From contig JAURZK010000185.1 in assembly GCA_030653505.1 (NCBI GenBank), forward strand, positions 13,807 through 77,806: 64,000 bases of DNA, in the 5' to 3' direction. This DNA comes from Rubrivivax sp. (GTDB taxonomy: Bacteria; Pseudomonadota; Gammaproteobacteria; Burkholderiales; Burkholderiaceae_C). The notes under the pieces were generated by a model, which made no database searches, had not been told where the DNA came from, and saw nothing but the letters and a program-made list of their open reading frames with translations. Below are positions 36,604-45,959 of the stretch, piece by piece (positions within the stretch are counted from its first letter, which is position 1; each line of letters starts with the position of its first letter). The translations under genes and the position numbers were made by a program.

Positions 36604-37365
36604 GTGAACGTCAAGCAAGTCGCCAACGTGCTCGAGCTCATCGAGTTTTTCGCCCAGCACCGCCGCCCGGCCACGCTGGCCGAGGTGGCCAAGCACTTCG
36701 ACTGGCCGCGCTCGAGCACCTTCAACCTGCTGGGCACGCTGGCCAGCCGCGGCTACCTCTACGAGCCGCGCGCGCGCGGCGGCTACTACCCGTCGCCGAA
36801 GTGGCTGTCGCTGCTGCAGCAGATCGAACGCGCCGAACCCATCCCCGAACAGTTCCGCGCCCTCCTGACTGCGCTTGCTGAGCGCACCGGCGAGACCGCC
36901 GTGCTCGCGGCCACCAGCGGCGCCTGCGCGGTCTTCGTCGACGCCGTCGAGTCGTCCCACGCCATCCGCTACACCGCCAGCCCGGGCAAACTGGTGCCGC
37001 TGCACGTCACGGCCACCGGGCGCGCGCTGCTGTCGCTGCTGAGCCCGGCCGACCGCGCCAGCGTGCTGCGGCGTGCCACCTTCGAGCGCTACACGCCCAC
37101 CACGTTGATGAGCGTGGCGGCGGTGGAAAAGGAGATCCAGCGCTCGTTGCAGCGCGGCTGGTTCGAGGGCGCCGCTGAGTTCACGACCGACCTCGGCGGC
37201 GTGGCGCTGCCTTTGCACGTGCCGCACCGCCACTTTGCGCTGCTGGTGGCGGGGCCAATGTTCCGCATCCAGACCCGCAGCAGCGAACTGGCTCGCCTGA
37301 TGACCGAGGAGATCGAGACCCACCTCGGCAAGGAAACGACGCCGCCCGGAAAGCCGCAGACCTGA
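36604..37365 (+). CDS. IclR family transcriptional regulator
   Basis: VKQVANVLELIE HTH, PRSSTFNLL.TL..RGYL, TGETAVL, TATGRALL; GTG start at 36604. Confidence 0.92.
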   Translation: MNVKQVANVLELIEFFAQHRRPATLAEVAKHFDWPRSSTFNLLGTLASRGYLYEPRARGGYYPSPKWLSLLQQIERAEPIPEQFRALLTALAERTGETAVLAATSGACAVFVDAVESSHAIRYTASPGKLVPLHVTATGRALLSLLSPADRASVLRRATFERYTPTTLMSVAAVEKEIQRSLQRGWFEGAAEFTTDLGGVALPLHVPHRHFALLVAGPMFRIQTRSSELARLMTEEIETHLGKETTPPGKPQT

Positions 37366-37437
37366 ACTCCGTCGCGTCCTCGGCGACCGGGCCGGACACG
37401 GCCTTCAGCCCGAGCTCGCCGGCTGTGATTTCTAGCG

Positions 37438-37728
37438 GTGTCACAGCATGCGGCCAGTTCCATTGCGCACACCGACGTCCGCGCCGGAGTGGAGTTACCC
37501 CCATTCTTCAACGACGAGCTCGATGAATGTCTGGAGAGCGGCATCCTGGCGCAGGGGCTCTTGGGGTTGCTGCGGCGAGTGCGGTCAGTACAAGCTGCTG
37601 GCTTGAGCTGCAGAAGCCCTGGGGTCTGCCCGTCAGGTAGCGCCCGGCGCATGTCGCACGCCGCAGCCCTCCGGCTCGACCACGCCTGCCCGCACCCGCC
37701 AGCCCCTTGGGTGTCCCGCACTGGGTGA
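37438..37728 (+). pseudogene. Degenerate IS91-family transposase N-terminal zinc-binding domain
   Basis: QHAASSIAHT...ELPPFFNDELDECLESGILAQG, an off-frame CGECGQYKLLA at 37571-37603, then SC...GVCPSGSARRMS...LDH..PH.P..WV. There is a compensating frameshift pair, and the fragment is truncated. Confidence 0.75.
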
Positions 37729-37958
37729 GTTGCGAATGCGTTCCCTGCGAAGGCATGGCGTTGGGTGTTGCATCCTCTACGACTGCTTCACGGCGCCCAG
37801 ACTAGACGGCTGGCCGACAGCAACGGGTCGGCAGCGTAAGTACGAGGCCTTCGTATGCAGTCGTTCAGCCGGGATTCCCTCCCGGACGATGCTGGCGGGG
37901 TCACGCCGCCGCGCGGTGCTCGGCCGGCTGGCCGTCGGCCTGACCCGCCGCTGCTGGC

Positions 37959-38315
37959 TCAAGCCTGCCAGACGCCATAGCCCGCCTCTCGCAGGGAGAT
38001 GGCCAGCTCCACCTCCATCTCGCGAGCGGCCTGGTAGGGCATCGGGTTGTAGACCTCGTAGAGCGCCGGCAGCAGGCACAGGCCGTATTCGAAGACGAAC
38101 CGGTTCGCCTGGATGCCTGCCTTGTGCTTGTCGAACCGCAGGTCGGGGTCGAGCCCTGTCATGCCCACGTAGACGAAGGGCCTGCCCAGTTGGTGGTCGG
38201 GGTTGGCCTTTCGGAAGCGGGGCTCGTTCCACACGCGGTCGTCCAGCTTGACGACGTAGACATGATGACGGTGCCGGGGCCGCGGAGCGGCTTTCCGAAC
38301 TGGCCCGGCCGCCAT
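37959..38315 (-). CDS. Small GIY-YIG-like protein
   Basis: HVYVV-L ... VYVGMTG...RF.KH ... E.ELA..LR pattern of the GIY-YIG fold. Confidence 0.65.
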   Translation of the reverse strand: MAAGPVRKAAPRPRHRHHVYVVKLDDRVWNEPRFRKANPDHQLGRPFVYVGMTGLDPDLRFDKHKAGIQANRFVFEYGLCLLPALYEVYNPMPYQAAREMEVELAISLREAGYGVWQA

Positions 38316-38507
38316 GCCTTCACCCGCGCCGCGGCGGCACCGCGGAGCCGCGCGCCACTGCAGGCCGCCCCATCATGGCCTGGTACCAGCGCTGCACCTG
38401 CGGAAAGTCGGCCCAGTCGTCAGCTGGATTGACATGGATCGCGCTCCTTTCAAGCAGTGGCAGGGCTGGCCCGAGCCGCGCCCGGTACCGTGGTGACAAT
38501 CAGAAGG

Positions 38508-39791
38508 ATGCACCAAACCTCGACTTCGTCGGCGCGTGGCCATTCCTTCGCCTGTGCTGCGATGGCGCTTGCCGTGATGGCGGGCTGCGCTTCCGTACCG
38601 CCCGCGGCACCGGCAGCGCCCGCCGCCACGACCGCCACCGTTGAAGAGGGCCCTTCGCTGGAAGGGACTGAACAGGCCTTCGGGCGCTGGGTCAAGGCCT
38701 TCGCCGCCACGGCCCGCGAGGCGGGCATTACCGAAGAGACGCTGCGCAGCGCGTTCGACGACGTGCGCTTCGTGCCGCGTGTCGTCGACCTGGACCGTCG
38801 CCAACCCGAGTTCACGCAAACGGTGTGGGACTACCTCGACCGTGCTGTGTCGGAGCAGCGCGTGGCGCGCGGCCGCGATAGGCTGGCGGAGTTCAACGCC
38901 GAGGCCGAGGCCGCCGCCGCGCGCCACGGCGTGCCCGCACCGGTGCTGGTGGCAATCTGGGGCATGGAGAGCAGCTACGGCGCCAACTACGGCGACATCC
39001 CCGTTATCGACGCGCTTGCCACGTTGGGCTTCGAGGGTCGGCGCGAAGCGTGGGCGCGCGGGCAGTTGCTGGCCGCGCTGAAGATCCTGCAAAGCGGCGA
39101 CATCGACCGCGCGCGCATGGTCGGCTCCTGGGCCGGCGCCATGGGCCAGACGCAGTTCCTGCCGTCAAACTTCCTAGCCTACGCGGTGGACGCCGACGGC
39201 GACGGCCGGCGCGACATCTGGGGCAGCATGCCCGACGTGATGGCGTCAACTGCCAACTTCCTGGCGCGCGCCGGCTGGCTACCGGGCCAACCCTGGGGCG
39301 CCGAGATCCGGCTGCCGCCGGACTTCGACCACGGTCGCGCCGACGCCGGCATGCGCCAGCCCAGCGCCGCCTGGGCGGCCGAGGGCGTGAAGCCGGTGGC
39401 GGACGCGGCGCTGCCCGACTTGACCGACGCCGCGGTGCTGCTCCCGACCGGGGCGCGCGGCCCGGCCTTCCTGGTCGGGCCCAACTTCCGCGCCATCCTT
39501 CGCTACAACAACTCCACGAGCTACGCGCTGGCTGTCGGCCTGCTGGCGCAGGGCGTGGCCGGCGGCTCCGGCGTGCAGGCGTCCTGGCCGCGCGAGCTGC
39601 TGGCGCTCTCGCGCACCCAGCTGCTGGCGCTGCAGACGGCGCTGAACGAATGCGGTTTCCCCAGCGGCACGCCTGACGGCGTGATGGGCCCCGCAACACG
39701 TGAAGGCATTCGCCGCTACCAGCGCAGCCTGGGCCTGCCGGCGGACGGCTATCCCACCACCGACTTGCTGGAGCGCCTGCTGCAGCCGTAG
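38508..39791 (+). CDS. Lytic murein transglycosylase (MltB/SLT-2 family) lipoprotein with C-terminal PG-binding domain
   Basis: Lipobox MAGC; AIWGMES.YG, GSWAGAMGQTQF.PS, VDADGDGRRDIW EF-hand, YNNS..YA, DGVMGP.TR. Confidence 0.95.
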   Translation: MHQTSTSSARGHSFACAAMALAVMAGCASVPPAAPAAPAATTATVEEGPSLEGTEQAFGRWVKAFAATAREAGITEETLRSAFDDVRFVPRVVDLDRRQPEFTQTVWDYLDRAVSEQRVARGRDRLAEFNAEAEAAAARHGVPAPVLVAIWGMESSYGANYGDIPVIDALATLGFEGRREAWARGQLLAALKILQSGDIDRARMVGSWAGAMGQTQFLPSNFLAYAVDADGDGRRDIWGSMPDVMASTANFLARAGWLPGQPWGAEIRLPPDFDHGRADAGMRQPSAAWAAEGVKPVADAALPDLTDAAVLLPTGARGPAFLVGPNFRAILRYNNSTSYALAVGLLAQGVAGGSGVQASWPRELLALSRTQLLALQTALNECGFPSGTPDGVMGPATREGIRRYQRSLGLPADGYPTTDLLERLLQP

Positions 39792-40289
39792 TGCGCCGCT
39801 GCCGAGCACCTACAGCACCGCATAGCGCCCCGGCCGGCGGTTGATGGCGATGAACACAGAAGACATTCGATCGACCTATGGGCACCGGTCGGTAGCGGAT
39901 GCGGCTGCTTGCCCTTCAAGAGGTCGCACCGCCGCGCTGATCCCCCGCTACGCCAGCGGTACCCTGATACCGAACACTGGTGACGCGGCCATCCGTGCGC
40001 CTGAACGACCCCATCCTGAAGTACCAAGTCCCGCTCGCGCCGGGCGACAGTACGACGCGTTCAGCCGCGGTGCCGACTGCGGCGGGGGCGTTTCGGGTCG
40101 CCTGCCAGAGCTGCGGTGAGTAGCCTCGTCAGCCGCTGCGCGGATCAGGCGAGTCGACTCTAGGGAGTTGCTTGCAACGCTGCCAGAGGACGTGCGAAGC
40201 AGGGCGGTGACGGAGGGGTTTGGATGCACGGGTCGATGCACAAGTTGGATGCTGACCATGGACAACATCGAACTTGGATCGACAGGCGC

Positions 40290-40316
40290 AAAAAAGGCCT
40301 TGAAAATCAAGGCCTT
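40290..40316 (-). terminator. Intrinsic terminator downstream of tRNA-Ala
   Basis: Minus strand: GGCCTTGA-TTT-TCAAGGCC hairpin followed by T6. Confidence 0.75.
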
Positions 40317-40326
40317 AGATGCAAGT

Positions 40327-40402
<76 letters not shown>

Positions 40403-40486
40403 AATACAGCGCGCGAGTCTAGCACCGCGGGAATCGCGACGGTGAGCCCGGCTAACATCCGCCGCCTCGCATACCGAGACCGTCAA

Positions 40487-41344
40487 ATGCGTCAACGTTC
40501 AGACCCCGCCTGGCTCGAATCCCAGTACAACAACCGCGCACGTGTGCCCGACCATGCCCAGCACTTCGAGCGCTGGGCCGCCGCTTCGCAACTGGCGCGG
40601 GCGAAGGGCCCGGCCCACATCGACATCGTTTACGGCGAAGACGTGGGCGAGACGCTGGACGTCTTCCCTGCTGCCACGCCCGGCGCGCCGGTGCTGATGT
40701 TCATCCACGGCGGTTACTGGCGTTCGCTGGACAAGGCCGACTTCTCCTTCATCGCGCCCGCCCTCAACGCCGCCGGCGCCACAGTCGTGCTGCCCAACTA
40801 CGCGCTGTGCCCCGCAGTCGGCATCGAGCACATCGCACTGCAGATGACACGGGCCGTGGCCTGGGTCTGCCACCACGCCGCGGCCTACGGCGCCGACGCC
40901 TCGCGTCTGGGCGTGGTGGGGCACTCGGCGGGCGGCCACCTGGCGACGATGCTGCTGTCCTGCCGCTGGAAGGACGTGGACGACGACCTGCCGACGCAGC
41001 CGCTGGCCGGGGCGCTGTCGATCTCGGGCCTGTACGACCTGGAACCCTTGCGCCACGTGCCCTCGCTGAAGGCGGACCTGCAGCTGACGCCGGCGGCAGT
41101 GAAGCGCCTCAGCCCGGCCTTCTTCCCCCGGCCCAAGGGCGGCAAGCTCTTCGCCACCGTGGGGCTGGCGGAGAGTGATGAGTTCCTGCGCCAGAACGCG
41201 CTGATCCGCGACGTCTGGGGTCCCACCGCCGTACCGGTGTGCGAGACGTTGCCCGGTGCCGACCACTTCTCGGTCGTCGAGGGCCTGGCCGACCCGCGTG
41301 GCCGCCTGCACGCGTTGGCGCTACGGCTGGTGGGCTTGCGTTGA
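40487..41344 (+). CDS. Alpha/beta hydrolase, arylformamidase/esterase-like
   Basis: YNNRARVP, FIHGGYW, GHSAGGHL nucleophile elbow, SGLYDL, DHF; start is ATG 40487. Confidence 0.88.
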   Translation: MRQRSDPAWLESQYNNRARVPDHAQHFERWAAASQLARAKGPAHIDIVYGEDVGETLDVFPAATPGAPVLMFIHGGYWRSLDKADFSFIAPALNAAGATVVLPNYALCPAVGIEHIALQMTRAVAWVCHHAAAYGADASRLGVVGHSAGGHLATMLLSCRWKDVDDDLPTQPLAGALSISGLYDLEPLRHVPSLKADLQLTPAAVKRLSPAFFPRPKGGKLFATVGLAESDEFLRQNALIRDVWGPTAVPVCETLPGADHFSVVEGLADPRGRLHALALRLVGLR

Positions 41345-41493
41345 AAGGCCGCCCGGGAAAACCCGTGACTATGGAGTTTATTGATCCGATGTATTGGCCC
41401 TGCGCTGTGCTTGGCGCTAAGGTTCCGGCTCGGTCGCGCCCGAGGATGCTTCCTTAGGCGCCCGACAGACCATCGGTACACAAGGAGCACTCT

Positions 41494-41916
41494 ATGGGCT
41501 TGAAAGGTTCGAAGACCGAGCAAAACCTGAAGGACGCCTTCGCGGGCGAATCGCAGGCCAACCGCCGCTACCTCTACTTCGCGAACAAGGCCGACGTGGA
41601 AGGCCAGAACGACGTTGCGATGCTCTTCCGCAGCACCGCCGAAGGCGAGACTGGCCATGCGCACGGCCATCTCGAGTTCCTCGAGAACGGCTCGGGTGAC
41701 CCCGCCACCGGCCTGCCCATCGGCAACAGCCGCCAGAACCTGCTGGCCGCCGTCGCCGGCGAGACGCACGAGTACACCGACATGTACCCGGGCATGGCCA
41801 AGACGGCGCGCGACGAAGGTTTCGACGAAATCGCCGACTGGTTCGAGACCCTGGCCAAGGCCGAGCGCTCGCACGCCAACCGCTACCAGAAGGCGCTCGA
41901 CGCGCTCGTCGACTGA
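41494..41916 (+). CDS. rbr: Rubrerythrin (no rubredoxin domain)
   Basis: [50 protein letters not shown] di-iron motifs. Confidence 0.95.
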   Translation: MGLKGSKTEQNLKDAFAGESQANRRYLYFANKADVEGQNDVAMLFRSTAEGETGHAHGHLEFLENGSGDPATGLPIGNSRQNLLAAVAGETHEYTDMYPGMAKTARDEGFDEIADWFETLAKAERSHANRYQKALDALVD

Positions 41917-41994
41917 GTCCCGTACGACGCTGTTGAACAAGGGGCCTCGTGCCCCTTGTTCGTTGCTGCCCAAACCGAACCCACGGCGAACACC

Positions 41995-43341
41995 ATGCGC
42001 GAAGGCAACCTGGAAGCCCCGACCCGGCACCCTGTCGACTGGAAGAACCCCGACTTCTACGACGAGCAGAAGGCCCATGCCGAGATGGAGCGGGTGTTCG
42101 ACATCTGCCTCGGCTGCCGCCGCTGCGTCAGCCTGTGCCAGAGCTTCCCCAACCTCTTCGACCTCGTGGACGCCACCGCGGACGGCGAGGTGCACGGCGT
42201 CGCGAAGGAAGCCTACTGGCAGGTCGTCGACCAGTGTTACCTGTGCGACCTGTGCTACATGACGAAGTGCCCCTACACGCCACCCCACGCGTGGAACCTG
42301 GACTTCCCGCACCTGATGCTGCGCGCCAAGGCCATCAAGTTCGCGAAGGGCGAGGTCGGCGCGAAAGAGAAGCTGCTGGCCAGCACCGACACGCACGGCA
42401 GCTTCGCCGGCATCCCCATCGTGGTGGACGTGGTCAACGCCATCAACGCCACGAAGTTCGCGCGCCAGCAGATGGACAGCCAACTCGGTGTGCACCCCGA
42501 CGCCTGGATGCCGGCCTTCGCGCCGCAGCGCTTCCGCTGGGGCCGCGCGATGAACAACACCGCCTTCGTCGCGGTGAACGGCCAGCGCACGCCGGGCAAG
42601 GTGGCCATCTTCTCCACCTGCTTCGTCAACTACAACGAGCCCGGCATCGGCGCCGATCTCATCAAGCTGCTCGACCACAACGAGATCCCCTACGAGATCG
42701 TCGATAAGGAGCAGTGCTGCGGCATGCCCAAGCTGGAACTCGGCGACCTGGCTTCGGTGGAGAAGGCGTGGCAGGCCAACATACCGGTGCTGGCCAGGTA
42801 CGCGAAAGCGGGCTGGGCCATCGTCACCGCCGTGCCCAGCTGCACGCTGATGTTCAAGCAGGAACTGCCGCTGCTGTTCCCCGACGATGCCGACACGCAG
42901 GCCGTCAAGGCCGCGATGTTCGACCCCTTCGAGTACCTCATCGCGCGCCACAAGGACGGCCTGCTGAAGACCGACTTCAAGGCGGCACTCGGCAAGGTCA
43001 GTTACCACATCCCCTGCCACGGCCGCGTGCAGAACATCGGCAAGAAGACCGAAGAGATGTTCAAGCTCATCGGCCAGACGGTGGAGGTCAAGCTCAACAC
43101 CGTGGAACGCTGCAGTGGCCACGCCGGCACCTACGGCGTGAAGACACCGACGCACAGGATCGCGATGAAGATCGGCAAGACCGTCTTCAAGAACATGGCC
43201 AAGGACGAGCCCGACACCATCAGCAGCGACTGCCCCATGGCCGGCCACCACATCGCGCAGGGCATGGCCGAGGCGGGCACGCCGGCCAAGGCGCTGCAGC
43301 ACCCCCTGTCGCTGGTCCGTATCGCCTACGGGCTTGCCTGA
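41995..43341 (+). CDS. Fe-S oxidoreductase (GlpC/HdrD-like, two CCG domains)
   Basis: CLGCRRCVSLC and CYLCDLC...KCP clusters, EQCCGMP, CSGHAGTYG, SDCP; start is ATG 41995. Confidence 0.93.
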   Translation: MREGNLEAPTRHPVDWKNPDFYDEQKAHAEMERVFDICLGCRRCVSLCQSFPNLFDLVDATADGEVHGVAKEAYWQVVDQCYLCDLCYMTKCPYTPPHAWNLDFPHLMLRAKAIKFAKGEVGAKEKLLASTDTHGSFAGIPIVVDVVNAINATKFARQQMDSQLGVHPDAWMPAFAPQRFRWGRAMNNTAFVAVNGQRTPGKVAIFSTCFVNYNEPGIGADLIKLLDHNEIPYEIVDKEQCCGMPKLELGDLASVEKAWQANIPVLARYAKAGWAIVTAVPSCTLMFKQELPLLFPDDADTQAVKAAMFDPFEYLIARHKDGLLKTDFKAALGKVSYHIPCHGRVQNIGKKTEEMFKLIGQTVEVKLNTVERCSGHAGTYGVKTPTHRIAMKIGKTVFKNMAKDEPDTISSDCPMAGHHIAQGMAEAGTPAKALQHPLSLVRIAYGLA

Positions 43342-43358
43342 ACCACCGGAGCCGTGCC

Positions 43359-43955
43359 ATGACGACCCTGAACGACCGCATCACGCCCGCGAGCCTGCTG
43401 ACCCTGGAGGCCTACGCGAAGATCCGCAAGAGCAGCAAGATGGAAGCCATCGCGCACCGCCGCCTGCGCAGCGTGCGCCTGGGCGAGCACATGACGCTGC
43501 AGTTCGAGGACGAAACCTCCGTGCGGCGCCAGATCCAGGAGATGCTGCACATCGAGAAGATCTTCGACGAGGAAGGCATACAGGGCGAGATCGACGCCTA
43601 CGCGCCGCTGGTGCCCGACGGCAGCAACTGGAAGGCGACCATGCTCATCGAGTACCCCGACCCCCACGAGCGCAAGCGCGAACTGGGGCGGCTGATCGGC
43701 GTGGAAGACCGCATGTTCGTCGAGGTCGAGGGACACAAGCGCATCTACGCCATCGCCGACGAGGACCTGGAACGCGAGAACGACGAGAAGACCTCGGCCG
43801 TGCACTTCGTGCGATTCGAGTTCAGCCCGGCGCAGCGTGAGGCGGTGCGTGCGGGTGCGGCGGTGAAGATCGGCTGCGACCACACCAACTACCCCGTGCA
43901 CGCGGCCGTGCCCGCCGAGACCTTGGCCAGCCTGGCGGGCGACCTGCAGACCTGA
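43359..43955 (+). CDS. DUF3501 family protein
   Basis: FEDE.SVRRQIQEML.IEK, AY.PLVPDG, TMLIE, KTS.VHF.RF; position after rubrerythrin and Fe-S oxidoreductase. Confidence 0.88.
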   Translation: MTTLNDRITPASLLTLEAYAKIRKSSKMEAIAHRRLRSVRLGEHMTLQFEDETSVRRQIQEMLHIEKIFDEEGIQGEIDAYAPLVPDGSNWKATMLIEYPDPHERKRELGRLIGVEDRMFVEVEGHKRIYAIADEDLERENDEKTSAVHFVRFEFSPAQREAVRAGAAVKIGCDHTNYPVHAAVPAETLASLAGDLQT

Positions 43956-43973
43956 CCTTCGAGTGAGCAGCAC

Positions 43974-44840
43974 TTGAATTTCTCGCCCATCGCCGCAGGC
44001 GTCTGGCGAGCCCCCGAGTGGGGCCTGGACGCTGCCGGTCTGGCAGGCTGGATGTCGCAGGCGCTGGACCTCGGCATCACCACCTTCGACCACGCCGACA
44101 TCTACGGCGGCTACACCGTCGAGGCGATGTTCGGCAAGGCCTTCGCGCTGGCGCCCGGGCTGCGCGAGCGGCTGCAGATCGTCAGCAAGTGCGGCATCAA
44201 GCTGGTGAGCGCGCAGCGCCCAGGGCATGCGATCAAGAGCTACGACAGCGCTCGCGCGCATGTGCTGGCCAGCGTCGATGCGTCGCTGAAGGCGCTGCGC
44301 ACCGACCGCATCGACCTGCTGCTGCTGCACCGGCCCGACCTGCTGATGGACCCCGAGGAACTCGGCGAGACCTTTCGCCACCTGCTGGCGGCTGGCAAGG
44401 TGCTGCACTTCGGCGTCAGCAACCACACGCCGGGGCAGCTGGCGATGCTGCGCCGGCGCCACCCGCTGGTGACGAACCAGATCGAGTTCAGCCCGCTGCA
44501 GATGCGTGCGCTGGCCGACGGCACGCTGGAGCAGTGCCTGGACCTCGGGCTGCGGCCGATGCTGTGGTCGCCGCTGGCCGGCGGGCGCGTGCTGACCGGC
44601 AGCGACGAACAGGCGCAGCGTGTGCGCGCGGTGCTGCAGGCGCTGGGCGACACGCAAGGCGCAACGGTCGCGACGATGGCCTATGCGTGGTTGCTGCGCC
44701 ACCCGTCGCGGCCGGTGCCCGTCACCGGGTCGGGGCGCATCGCCGCGCTGCGCGACGCCGTCGCGGCCACGGCGGTGCGCCTGTCGGCCGAGGACTGGTA
44801 CCGCGTCTGGCAGGCCAGCATCGGCCATGAAGTCGCCTGA
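43974..44840 (+). CDS. Aldo/keto reductase (YdhF-like)
   Basis: GITTFDHADIYGGY, IVSKCGI, TDRIDLLLLHRPD, FGVSN, WSPLAGG; the TTG start is uncertain. Confidence 0.92.
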   Translation: MNFSPIAAGVWRAPEWGLDAAGLAGWMSQALDLGITTFDHADIYGGYTVEAMFGKAFALAPGLRERLQIVSKCGIKLVSAQRPGHAIKSYDSARAHVLASVDASLKALRTDRIDLLLLHRPDLLMDPEELGETFRHLLAAGKVLHFGVSNHTPGQLAMLRRRHPLVTNQIEFSPLQMRALADGTLEQCLDLGLRPMLWSPLAGGRVLTGSDEQAQRVRAVLQALGDTQGATVATMAYAWLLRHPSRPVPVTGSGRIAALRDAVAATAVRLSAEDWYRVWQASIGHEVA

Positions 44841-44865
44841 AACCGAACCCCGCCACAATCCGCCC

Positions 44866-45300
44866 ATGAGATACCTGCACACCATGGTCCGCGTGACCGA
44901 CATCGAGGCCTCGCTGCGTTTCTACCGCGATGCGCTGGGGCTGGACCTGCTCTCGCGCCGCGACAACGAGGCCGGCCGCTACACGCTGGTCTTCCTGGCC
45001 GCGCCGGGCGACCACGGCGCGCAGGTCGAACTCACCTACAACTGGCCGGCAGCCGACGGCACGGCAGAGACCTACAGCGGCGGCCGCAACTTCGGCCACC
45101 TGGCCTACGCGGTCGACGACATCCACGCCACCTGCCGGCGCCTGACCGAGCACGGCGTGCTCATCAACCGCCCGCCGCGCGACGGCCGCATGGCCTTCGT
45201 GCGTTCGCCCGACGGCATCTCCATCGAACTGCTGCAGGCCGGCGCCGCGCTGCCGCCGGCCGAGCCCTGGGCCTCGATGCCCAACACCGGCGCCTGGTAG
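44866..45300 (+). CDS. gloA: Glyoxalase I (lactoylglutathione lyase) / VOC family
   Basis: YLHTMVRV.D...SL.FY, ELTYNW, FGHLAY.VDD, AFVRSPDG..IELL. Confidence 0.85.
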   Translation: MRYLHTMVRVTDIEASLRFYRDALGLDLLSRRDNEAGRYTLVFLAAPGDHGAQVELTYNWPAADGTAETYSGGRNFGHLAYAVDDIHATCRRLTEHGVLINRPPRDGRMAFVRSPDGISIELLQAGAALPPAEPWASMPNTGAW

Positions 45301-45322
45301 GCCCCGTCCGGCGGCGGTCGCA

Positions 45323-45943
45323 ATGTACCTGCCCCAGCACTTCGCGCAGACAGACGCGCAGGCCCTGCACGCGCTGATGCGTGAATACCCGCTGGCCACG
45401 CTGGTCAGCGTGCAGGACGGCGCGCCGACGGCCGACCACTTACCGCTGGAGTTCGACGCGCAGACGAACACGCTGCGCGGCCACGTCGCGCGCGCCAACC
45501 CGCTGTGGCGTGTGGCCGCCGGCCAGCCGGTGCTGGCCGTTTTCACGGGGCCGCAGGCCTATGTCACGCCATCGTGGTACCCGAGCAAGGCGGCCACGCA
45601 CAAGGTGGTGCCGACCTGGAACTACACCGTCGTGCACGCCCACGGCGTGCTGCGCGTGGTGGAAGACGCGCCCTGGCTGCATGCACTGGTCAGCGGCCTC
45701 ACCGAGCACCACGAGGCGCAGCGTGACTCGCCCTGGGCCGTGAGCGATGCGCCTGACGACTTCGTGCAGCAACTGCTGCGCGCCATCGTCGGCATTCAGA
45801 TCCCGGTGCAGCGGCTGCTGGGCAAGTGGAAGATTAGCCAGAACCGCAGCGAGGCCGACCGCCTGGGCGTGGCCGCGGGCCTGTCCCAGGGCCCCGAAGA
45901 AGCCCGGACGATGGCCGCGCTGATGCGCAAGCCGCCGGCCTGA
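45323..45943 (+). CDS. PaiB-like FMN-binding protein
   Basis: MYLP.HF, GHVARANP.W, GP.AYV.PSWY, VPTWNY..VH, GKWK.SQNR. Confidence 0.92.
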   Translation: MYLPQHFAQTDAQALHALMREYPLATLVSVQDGAPTADHLPLEFDAQTNTLRGHVARANPLWRVAAGQPVLAVFTGPQAYVTPSWYPSKAATHKVVPTWNYTVVHAHGVLRVVEDAPWLHALVSGLTEHHEAQRDSPWAVSDAPDDFVQQLLRAIVGIQIPVQRLLGKWKISQNRSEADRLGVAAGLSQGPEEARTMAALMRKPPA

Positions 45944-45959
45944 AGGCGCGCGCCTCGGC

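Noticed and set aside
5492-37365. Calling the region a steroid-degradation cluster
   Set aside because: Ltp2/DUF35, heteromeric ACAD and MaoC resemble side-chain enzymes, but no KstD, KshAB, HsaABCD or acyl-CoA ligase is present in the window.
37800-37870. GACAGCAACGGGTCGGC-type motif (and GAATGGCCG at 224) as mobile-element termini
   Set aside because: Suggestive position next to the IS91 relics, but I could not show a shared repeat or match to a defined terIS/attC by eye.
40141-40326. Possible integrase remnant next to the tRNA
   Set aside because: An open frame exists, but I can see no tyrosine- or serine-recombinase motif.
41365-41400. AT-rich stretch upstream of rubrerythrin as an FNR/OxyR/Fur box
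   Set aside because: Only a TTGAT half-site is present; the second half does not match, so no specific regulator is supported.
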